In this document: positions 22,607-34,600 of the stretch, piece after piece
Numbering within the stretch: the first letter of the stretch is position 1
How the letters are laid out: every line of letters starts with the position of its first letter
Origin: Lytechinus pictus
Taxonomy: Eukaryota
Direction: 5' to 3'
Assembly: GCF_037042905.1 (NCBI RefSeq)
Contig: NC_087251.1
Coordinates: forward strand, 30,630,001 to 30,694,000
Length of the DNA stretch: 64,000 bases
Made by a program: the position numbers and the translations under genes
The notes under the pieces: generated by a model
What the model saw: the letters and a program-made list of their open reading frames with translations, nothing else
Told to the model about the DNA's origin: nothing
Databases searched by the model: none

Positions 22607-25600
22607 GTAATTTTTTTAAAAAGAAGAGATCACCCTCTAACTCTAAGTATAGTCACGTATTGTATTACCGGACACTATTATGATTCCGGACGCGCATATT
22701 ACTGCGTTCGAAAACAATTTCGTACCGTAAGACTTCCGCAATTCAATTTCACAGAGCAATACATAGAACAAGATTGCAAAAACAAGGCGAAAAAAATCCA
22801 ACTTTTACCTTATTTATCTCTTAAATGACAGAAAATGCTTAAATTATCATATAACATATAGTTTTGCATTGACGATTGATATAATTTACTTTCTAACGGA
22901 AATATGGGCCTGATTTTCCGAATTTCAGTCTCAATCTCGTCCACTCCTTCGATCGAATGATGAGGTGTGGTGTATTGTGGGTGATCGTCGACGGCTAGTT
23001 CTCAAGGTACCCGTGCGCGAGGTTTACCGTGAGTAGAGCCGTCGATCGGCAGCGCATCGATAGAACTTGAAGAGCGTCACGATACGAACGCGAGCATATT
23101 ATTATTGGAAAGTGCCATGGAACATGCAGCTAACAAGAAAAAATAAAATAAGTTATCAAACACGAATTTATTACCAACATCTGCTCAGATTCGATATACA
23201 AAAGCAAATAAAAACTTAGAATTTACTCATGATATAAGAAGAAAAAAATCACACAATTTGTTCTTACATCTGATCATTATAATCAAGGATATCTTTACCC
23301 GTCCGGCGCGCGTCCGGAATCATGATATAAATTGTCGCGCACGAAAATAATTGTTTTTCGTGGAGGGGTATGCGGCAAGTGCGATGCAAAGAAAATGGTT
23401 GGTAAATATAAAATAATTTTATCATATTCATAATTTTCATAATATTTGGAATAGCAAGTGTGAATTTTTCTTGATTGAATTTCCTCTAGTTGTCATTTTT
23501 AAAGCACTGAAATAAAGGTGTCCGGCAATAGGATACACTGCCATATAACATTAATTAAGTCTAAGACTATAAAGTTATAGCCTAACAAGTGTAAAATTAG
23601 TCAGGAGACGTTACTTTTGGGAATAGAAATTCACTAAAAAAGTGAGGTCATGAAAATTCAAGCAGGCCTAACGCGTAACGTTAGATCTCAAGATCTAAAC
23701 AAGGTCTAAACTAAAAAATTTCCCAATCCAGAAAGCAAACAGTAAATTTAAACTTGTAAAAATCTGATAAACTGTTCTGCTTTGCATGTTTTGACAAATG
23801 ATAATGAAACTAGGTGTTTCCCCCTCTTCTAGCCAGGAGTAGAGTGTCTAGAGAAAAAAAATTATTTTTCTTATTTCAAGAAAATATCACATTTTCTCTG
23901 TGAATTTGAATAGAAATAACCTTCAGACTGACAAAAATGTAAAATTTTATGAAAAAAATCCAATTAATGGCTGCAAAAAAGAAGAATGAAATCAGGTCAA
24001 TTTTCCTGCCATAGACTGTGTCGTTAAGAAATGGACACACACAAATCCAATTTTTTAGCTTCTGAGAGCTGTTAGAATTTATTCTTGATGCCAAAAACTT
24101 GTCCATAAAGTGCCTAATAGGAATTTTGATGCTCTTTCTGATGGTTTGATTTTTTTTAAGATTTGGAAATCAGATCACACACAATGAAAAATTGCGACAA
24201 AGTGAAAAAAAATTGTGCCAAATAGAAATGTCATTTTCCCATAGTTAACGCATGGGGAAATGGCAATCTCAACACACACACAAATAAGGGTTTGCAATTT
24301 ATCTCTAAATCCTTATTTAAAATGATCATATAAACTTGTCCTTACTGTCAAAAGAAGTCCAAGAATTTTCTCTTTCCATACATCCCAAACATTAGTTAGA
24401 AATCAATTCAGATCACGTTTTTTTTGCAGCCTGAATTTCCCCCCAAAATGTGCCATATTTTCCCCTAAATAGCATGTTTTATGCGGACACTTTTCAGTGT
24501 GGCTTCAGAATCTAGAGATTAAAGTCATTCCACTGACATGCTTAATCTCCACGGAGCTAGGGACAGCATACCATTGCAGTAGGTCTACACTCACCGTCGT
24601 TATTCCCATGAATAAATCTCAAAATCCCAACTTCTCTTTAAGAAAACTAACCCTAAGTTTTGTAAATGGGCTACAATCTATTCCTCCCCCCCCCTCCCTT
24701 GGAAATATGAAATTTTTTTCCACGAAAATTAATATAAAATTTAAGAAAAATAATACAAGAAGATGAGCAGTTACAGATGTTATTGTTGCCATCTTTGTTG
24801 TCGTAGCCTAGCTACAAGACGCGTATAGAGGGCGACAACATCATGAGCAGTGCTAGATGAAAAAATACTTGCATCGGCCGGTAAATATCATTAATCTCAC
24901 CTCGATGCTAAAAGATATCGCTCGCTAGACCAGTTGAAGTGGGATTTAGCATTGAGGTGAGATTCAAAATATTTAGCGGCCAATTTATTTAATCTCTAGC
25001 AGCCTCCTGGCTAGTTGTAACCAAAGATACTACAAGGGGAAGATCGGACAGTACATACATGTAGACCCCGTAATGAAACGCTCGGGAAGAGCGCCCTACA
25101 GCGTTGAGTAAGTAACAACCTTTTTTTACCTTTGCGTATCGCGAGATGGTTGTGTACAAAACATGAGAGAAATGGTGAAGGGTTGAAGGAATAGACGATT
25201 TTTACATTTCGAAAAAATTTTCTTCAATATTTTCTCCCTTAAATTTGAAATTAATATATTTTCAGAGGTTTTTGTCTCACCTGCATAGCAGAGTGAGACT
25301 ATAGGCGCCGCTTTTCCGACGGCGACGGCGGCGGCGGCGGCGGCGGCGGCGACGGCGGCGTCAACACCAAATCTTAACCTGAGGTTAAGTTTTTGAAATG
25401 ACAGCATAACTTAAAAAGTGTATGGACCTAGTTCATGAAACTTGGCCATAAGGTTAATCAAGTATTACTGAACATCCTGCCTGAGTTTCATGTCACATGA
25501 CCAAGGTCAAAGGTCATTTAGGGTCAATGAACTTAGACCATGTTGGGGGAATCAACATCAAAATCTTAACCTAAGGTTAAGTTTTTGAAATGTCATCATA

Positions 25601-28600
25601 ACTTAGAAAATATATGGACCTAGTTCATGAAACTTATACATAAGGTTAATCAAGTATCACTGAACATGCTGCATGAGTTTCACGTCACATGACCAAGGTC
25701 AAAGGTCATTTAGGGTCAATGAACTTTGGCCGAATTGGGGGTATCTGTTGAATTACCATCATAACTTTGAAAGTTTATGGATCTGATTCATGAAACTTGG
25801 ACATAATAGTAATCAAGTATTACTGAACATCCTGTGCAAGTTTCAGGTCACATGATCAAGGTCAAAGGTCATTTAGGGTCAATGAACTTTGGCCAAATTG
25901 GGGTATTTGTTGAATTACAGCCATAAATTTGAAAGTGTGTTGGTCTAGTTCATAAAACTTGGACATAATAGTAATCAAGTATCACTGAACATCCTGTGCG
26001 AGTTTCAGGTCACATGATCAAGGTCAAAGGTCATGTAAGGTCAAAGAACTTTGGCCACGTTGGGGGTATTTGTTGAATTGCCATCATATCTCTATAAGTG
26101 TATTGGTCTAGTTCATAAAACGTGGAAATAAGAGTAACCAAGTATCACTGAACATCTTGTGCGAGTTATAGTAGTTTTCAAAATCAGCACTGCTGCTATA
26201 TTGAATCGCGTGATGCAGGTGAGACGGCCAGAGGCATTCCACTTGTTTGGTAATAAAAGGTGGAATTATTCTCATGCGCCACCCTTGACCCCTCTCCAAA
26301 CTCCCCTCTCATTTTTCTCATATGTTTTATACACAGTCGCGTGCTGATATACTAAGGTTTACTTACTCAACGCTGTTGGGTGCCCTTCCCCATAAGCATT
26401 TATCGAGCGTTTCCAAAAATCGTCGAAGTGTCCGATCTTCCCCTTGTAGTATCTTTGTTGTAACCTGGTTCGGGATCTTGAGTTCTTCTGCCCTTGGTGG
26501 CAAAGCTCCTGTGGGCTGTGGTTAGTCTTAACTAAGAGTAAAAGTATTACAAATAAAAGTGGTCTGTGAGGATATTTTCATTACAGTGTTATTGTAGTCC
26601 ATGTTCTGAAATCTGATTTCTGTAAATGTACAATTTTATTCATTGGCAGAGAATTCAAACAGAAATGAATTGGTAATTACAAATAATAAATATGTGCAAA
26701 TATCCATGCTTCGTTATTAATTTTACTCCCAAATGGTTTGTAGATTACTTCTATCAAAGTTCTTGAAATTAATCATTTGGGTAGGTACAATATGAATAAC
26801 TGGGTATTTATCTCATTGAAAGTCTCTAAAATAAGTTATTTAATATGTTTCTTCTCAGGAAACGATGGATGCTTTTGAGTATTTTATGATGCAGAAGAGC
26901 ATGTACGCAAACTCTGAGATAGGAGTCGAAGGTAAGCCTTTCTCCAGATAACCCAGCATTCTTACAGTCATATTCTTGCATACATTGATGGAGTCTTGTA
27001 CTTGATAATATACCTGGATCAATTGTGGGGATAGAAGAGAGATAACTTAATGTTGAAAGGTCCCTTACCACCCAAGTTAAAGTTTGTTTTTCATGATGTG
27101 GAGATATTGAAGCAAATACATTCTATAATTTGGTGACTTATGTTGACAAATTGAAACATATTGGTTGTATTGAACACTTTGAAGAATAAACTAGCATTTA
27201 TGTTGCATTGTATTGCCTGCAGGTATTTATACCAATATTCTTTAAAACATTTATTTTTTAAGTGTAGGTAAAATATTTCATTTTTAAAGTGACATATGTA
27301 ATGTATTTTATATAAAGATTGGCCCAATGAATGCTAATTGAATTGAATTGATTTGAATTATCAACCTTTCCTTATTCCTTTTTTTTTTCAAAACAGTGCT
27401 GAATTGCAGTTCAGACCCAAAGGATTGTAAATTTACTCTTGAGTGGGCAGTTCGTCAATCTGATTGTGATGGTGTTTACAGCTCAATTTTTGCAGTAAGT
27501 GAATTCTACAATACATGTACATGCTTCGAAACTATTTGGGAAAAAATATATTTATTGAAACATATTCATGTGTATTGTTGAAAAATGTAGTCATCTTAAT
27601 CAATTAATTCAAGAATAATCATACATAATGATTAGAGATATTCTCTGAGTATTTTTTAAAGGAGAATGAAACCCTTGAAACCAGCTGAATCCATATCAAA
27701 GAGAAAAATCAAAGAAACATATTGTTGAAAGTTTGAGGAAGATTGAATGAATAATAAGAAAGTTATGAGCATTTGAATATTGAGATCACTAATGCCATGT
27801 AGTTCCTCTCATTGGCAATGCGACCAAGATCTGTGATGTCACACACATACAACTCCCTCATTACTTTAGTACTTATTTCACTTATATTCTCACTTTTATA
27901 GAGTCTATCACAAGGTGAGATGTTCTCTTTATCGAGAGGACAAGTACAGAGGTTTCACAACATTATATCATTGATGAATCGTTTGTCATATGATTAGAAT
28001 GAGCAAAAAGATATGTTTTGGGGTATATTTTCAGTGTCCGAAAGGGGAGAGTTGTTCATCTGTGACATCATAGATCTTGGTCGCATTGCCAATGGGAGGA
28101 TCTCCATAGCATTAGTGATCTCGGCATTCAAATGCTCATAACTCTTCTATTGCTAGTCCTATTTTACTCAAACTTTTGTTGATCTTATTCTTTGATTTTT
28201 CTGCTTTCACAAAAGCTAACTTGCTCCAAGAGTTTCATTCTCCTTTAATGTCAGTTTTGATTTCAATCCACCTTTTTCCACTTGGTAGCCTATTTTTATT
28301 AAAGGCAATTCATTAGAAGAAAAAAAAACAAGTAAGGGGCTAGTGAAAGCAACTGCTTGAAGACATTAAACTATGTTTGCTAGTGTTGATACCATTTGCT
28401 CTACATTTTGTCATGCAGGATACAGTTATAAAAGCTCATTGGTGTTGAAGTAATTGCATAGTAGCATCTCATTTGTATATGAATTATATTATTTGTTACA
28501 GTTTTCTATGTATAGCATCTTTATAAAAATAAAATACATTTCATTAATTGTGGAAATGAAATGTTTCTGAATTAATATTTTTGGGGGGGGGAGAGGGTGT

Positions 28601-31600
28601 GCAGGTTGTTGTTTGTGTCGTGGGTAGGACAGGGAAGAGTAGTAAGACGCCAAAAGATTCAGTTGTAGTGGATCTTTTCTTTGCCAGCCAGATCATAATG
28701 CCATAAAAAAAAATAAAAACTGCAAATACAGGAAAATTACAATAATTAATACATTGTACTACAAGGCAGTTATATCTGTAACATGCATATTATTTTATCA
28801 ATGATTATTATATAAATGTTATTGGAGTTGTATTAAGTATTTCAATTAATATGAAATTAATAATTTCTATAAATTTGATATACAAGTTATTCATTAACAC
28901 CCTCATCTGTATCATCAAATCAGATATAATGAATAAACTGTATATCAAGAGAACATCATCACCTCGAATGTGACATGCAAATCCTCTGACTTGCTGCTCA
29001 ATACTTTTTACTCTATCTTACCAACTTTTTTTAGCTACTTGCTAATTTTTCAAATAGTGTAGCTCTTGCATTGTTTTATTATGTATACACGTAATCATTG
29101 CTAGGTTATATTGATGCTTTTTGTGAAATAATACACCTTTGGAGTATCCAGAATTGTGTGAATCACTTTTTAAACTGATGTATAAATTCTTTGACGTCTC
29201 AAAGACAATAGCATCGATTGTGCGTTGCCAACAAGCGGCAACAACGATTTCCCGCCAGTTCAGACGAGCTGAAGAAGCGTCCCAAACCAGTATCAGATTT
29301 ACTTCTATTCGTAATTTGAATCACTTTTTGTTGTACCTCCTCTCTATCCTGATTTTGTAGGATTCAAATGCTACTGCAAGTTCGGAGAATATGAAACAGA
29401 TCTACAATGAACCGAATTGCTTCATTCTGCTTGAGGAGAACTCAATATCGTATGTAAAGAGTATTGATGTGAAACCCAATCCAGAAATATCTTGTGCTCA
29501 AGATAGTGAAGCAACCCATGATAAGGTAAGTTGGGTTTTCTCCATTTTTTTATACTGAAATCGTTTAGTATACCAAGAGGAATTCTTCTCGGTGTTGATG
29601 GTACTTGACAAGCTTGTGTCCTGTGCACCAAACTGGTGCAGAAATCTTATCTAATTGTTTTGATTTTAAATCATAACAAAAAAAGCTCAACATATTTCTG
29701 GTTCCTGGAAATAAATTCATAATTTTCTTGGCCTTCCTCACAAAGCTCATACATGTATGTACATGTAGAATGATAAACTAGTAATTTTGATAAAAACTGC
29801 ATGCAGTGTTTGGTACAATGTATATCTCACAACGAACTTTTGTAAACTGGATACTCTGCAATTATGTGAGTGCAAATCATTTCAAAATCCATTATTAACA
29901 CAATGGTATGGATAAACAAATTTACAATGAAAATTCTGATGAGATAGGGGCTTCTTTTATGGGGTATTTTTATTTATAATTTTAGACCATCTTCAAGGAA
30001 CTGATTTTTTACAAATAGAAGTGATTATATATGGGACTGAATGAGGAAAGTAACCATAAATTTAAATGTAATTAAACTCAAATAATCAAATGAAAGGACA
30101 TCAAATTTGATAACATTTTGGCATAAGCTACCCTCTTTTGTGTTTAAAATTTTTAATTGAAAATGATTTGACAATTCTGTAAACCATGCCATGATCGGTA
30201 TCGCCTATAATTCATAATTCCAGGTACAGTTTTATGTTTCATTAGACTTTAGTTTTGGATTTCTCTTATGCGATAGTAGTGATATAAATGATAATAATTA
30301 TACTACTACTGATAATGATAATGATTGTATAAATACTACTTTTGATGATAATACCAGTTAAATTTTTATCATATAGTTGAATGACCTGAAAGGAAATAAC
30401 TGGGAATGCTCCAAGCGGGATAAAACCAGTACAGTCTGTAACAAGAAACCATTCTGTGGTCCTAAAGTAGAAGAGAAGAAAACATCTGATACCAAATCTG
30501 ATGATGGCTCTAAAGATGAGACAAATGCTGAATCCAGTAAAGATGATACAGCAGCAGATACAAAGCCAGCAGATCCCAACAGTGACAAGGTTAAACAATT
30601 GAATAATAGTATGATTTGATATTATATGATAAAATACAGTGAAACCTGTCTATAAAGAGCGCCCAAGGGAGACAATGAAAGTTGTCTTTATGAGCAGGCG
30701 GTCTTTATGAACATAATTTCCTGTAATACATGTTTCAATGGGAAAAAATTCTTTAATAAAAACCTAAATTCTGGTATGTATGGATAAATGGTTCTTCTAC
30801 ACAGATGGTCACTAGAACAGGTTTGACTGTATGATGTAATATTTACATATCATAATTCCATTTCTGATGTTTAATTTGTTTTCTTGTTTTCACTTTTAAC
30901 TTTATTCCCAAGAATACCCCTGGATTATCCTTAATACTAAAGTAAACAGTAATTTGCTCATCTTGTGTGTGTGTGTCTTTTTGTCCATGCTTTTTCTGTG
31001 ACGTGACAGTCAAATTTCCCTGGAACGTCACACATTTCCAGACGTGTGGAATGTCCTGGGGATGTTTATATCACCTTATTTTGGCTGTTTAGGAATGCAA
31101 TAGTTTGTATTTGCTGATTTGACTAAGAATACTCTGTGTGGTTCAATAAGTCCATCGTGCAGATGAAGAAGAGCTCCAAAACAGACATAGGGACTCAAAT
31201 ACACTGTCATTGTTCCGTAGTGAGGGTCAGCTAATACAGAGGACGATCTCCTCGCAGATAAGTGATAAGGGCAGTTGAGGACTGGCTTTTACAAAAGAAT
31301 CACTTTTTTTCAAAATATATTTGATGACATACTTTTTCCCTTTTTTTAATGATAATGATTGTCACATTGCCTCCAATTTATTTTTCATGTCTCTTTCAGA
31401 GAAGGAAAAGGGCAGCTGAAAACCCTCCAGCGGTACGTTTTTTGTTCTGGATTTGTGAAATGAAAGATTAATATTATTGTTATTGTTGTTATTATTACTG
31501 TTATTATTATTATTATTGTTGTTGTAGCTGTTGTGATGATTACCACCATCATTATCACTTTTTTTTTTTTTACTAGTAGTAATAATAATCAATAATAATA

Positions 31601-34600
31601 TTATTTCTGCTCTAGTGCCTCTGCCCACCATAGTTTGATGTTTGAGACACTTTCTTTGAGGATCATTCATTTTGATCTTCTCAAATTCATTCATTCAACA
31701 ACCTAAAACCATTCAATACATCCACTCCTATCTTAACTTAACACTTAGCACGCTGAATTAATTTTTTGCGGATAATAATGGCAATTGTTTCCATGTTATT
31801 TTCTTTAATTCAAGATTTCCATATTTCACAATTGATACTTATCATTATTATAGACATCTTACCCAAGAACAATTGCTTATTATTAGCTTATCTAATTTGA
31901 AGGTAGGGGAGAAAACTAATTATTACGATTGTTGAATTTAACTGTACAAATGTGCAAGATTGCAACATCAGCACGCAAAGGGTTAACAAAAGTTGACATG
32001 TCTGATAAATAAATCAGATTAAAATTTTTCATGAAGGCATATGAGAGTGCGATTTTGATTAGATTATGAAGGTATTTGAAAAAACAGGTGTAGAGGCATG
32101 AGCTTTAACTCTTCTTAGGTGAAAATCCACTTTCTTATTTTCTTGGAGAAGCGGTTAAGTAATGTAAACGTTATAAAGAGAGAGGGAGATAATAAAACTT
32201 AAGAAAAGGACTGTTTCTGTCACTTCTCATTCATATCACATTGCTCTCATTAGATTTGGTGCTTTTTTACACACTTATACATATAACCCAAGATTTAAGT
32301 TCTATTTAGTCCCAAATTGCCACTCTAATTTTTTTTTTTTTTTTTTGTTCAGGCGGATCCACCTGCTGCAGGCGAAGAAAAGGTAATTAATGTACAACAT
32401 TGATGTTTCACTGTTTATATTTTATGGTCAAACGATCAAAGTCGATGTGTATATAAAAATAAGCCATTCTTATGTGAACATTGTCTTCAAAGGCAAAGTG
32501 GACTCCAACTGCAAGATGATTTTAATAAATAGGGGAAAAAAACACAAAAAAGCATAGCATAAAAAATCAAAGATGAAATAAGAAAGTTTGACATGTAAAA
32601 GTTTTAATTATTTTTACATGTTCAAGGTCAAAGGTCATGTAGGGTCTATGAACTTTAGCCACTAAGGCCCGTATTCTGAAGTCAGGTTTAACTTAGACCA
32701 CGGTCTAACTCTGTGCTAAAATTATGGGGAGCCAAAAGTTCAAAAATTATTTTTATATTGTATATTTCTTATGTTTACTTATTCCACTCAGATAAGTTGT
32801 ATTTAGTCCCAAATTGCCACTCTCCTTTTTTTTTGTTCAGGCGGATCCACCTGCTGCTGATACTCCAGCAGGTGAAGAAAAGGTAATTAACGTTTTATGG
32901 TCAAACGATCAAAGTCGATGTGTATATAAAAATAAGCCATTCTTAAACTACCTGAAGAATAATTATATAGGACAGCTTCAAAACTGGGATGATAAACAAA
33001 TCTTTAAACTTGGTTCCTGTTGTCTGAGTGCATTTCAAGAGTGACTATATGATTAAATTATGAAATGATATGAAAGAGGCAATGTTGGAGGTTTGAATTT
33101 GGACTACATACAGGCAAGAATCAATTTTTGTTTCTCTTCGTACAATGTAAATAAGAATGCATAGACACATAGAAATATGTAAAAATTTAAAGAGATGTTA
33201 ATTCAGAGAAATGAGTTCTATATTAATCAGGGCTTTCAAATGAAATTGCAGAGAGGGAGATTTTGAAATTTAAGAATAATGCCTTTATTTTTACTTCTAT
33301 CATTCACATTATATTGCTCTTATTGCCTGAGAGTAACCTGTTTCACTCAGATTAAGTGTTTTTGATCACCAAAGATCACTTTAATACTTTTTATTTTTCA
33401 TTTGTTCAGGGGGATCCACCTGCTGCTGGCATTGAAAAAGGTGGAGATGCGGTAAGTACATAGCTGTAACAGCTTTGATATTTTTGTCTCTACCACCAGA
33501 AGCAAATGCAAGACTTTGGAATACAAATCCATTGTCCATCTGGTGTCCATTAATCCAGCCATCCATTATCTGTCTGTCGTCCATAACAAATGTTTTGACA
33601 TGTAAAAGTTTTAATTATTTTTTGCATGTTCAAGGTCATGTAGGGTCTATGAACTTTAGCCACTAAGGCCCATATTCTGAAGTCAGGTTTAACTTAGACC
33701 ATGGTCTAAGTTCCCTGTGCTAAAATTATAGGGTGCCAAAAATTCAAAAATTTTGTTTATATTATATATTTCTTGTATTTACTATTTTGTTTCTTTTTGC
33801 TTTCATAATGAAGGAAAATACTTCAGTTATCATTCCCAGACAATTATGAACAATTTAGGTGTCATATGAGTTAATATATTGAATGTGTACTGTTAGGGAT
33901 TTGTGTGCCAATTGCCTCTCCATAGTTAAACCACAACTTTAAACCAGGGTATAACTTAAACCAGGGTTTAATTTAAACTAGGGTTTAATTTAAACCCGAG
34001 TTCAGAAAACGGGCCTAAATATTTAAAATTTTGCTGTTTTCAGGAAAATGGAGACAAGGCGGCAGAAGCAGGAGACAAAGATCAGGTGAGATTGAAGTTT
34101 GCTTTATTTTGGTTCTATTATGAATGAATAACTTCAGGGCTGTTGCTGATAAAGGAAGTTGTCATACAATCAGCTCAAAAATGAAAAATCAACACCAGGT
34201 TTAAATGACAGATTGACTACGAGCTACATTGTTTAATAGCATATTTGATGAAATAGGGCAAAAAGGGATAGGAGACTAAGTATTTGATATTAGTTTTATA
34301 GGAATTTTCCTTTGATACCACATACTAATCCCTATGGTTATATATGGTTACCATCTCCTATCATGCTTTGATTTTTCTTTTGATTTCAGAAAGCAGAAGT
34401 CAAATCTACAGCCGTTATTGCTACCAATGATACACTGGTAAGACCTCTAAATATTCAATTTTCTCTGAAAACACACGTGCAAAGGAATACAACACTGTCA
34501 ATTTTGCATGTAGTTATGTAGAGATTTAATATTGTAACTGATATCTTATTGCTATTCTTGCACCCAAGGCCACCCAAAGTTTTTGTCTTGCCTGCATAGC

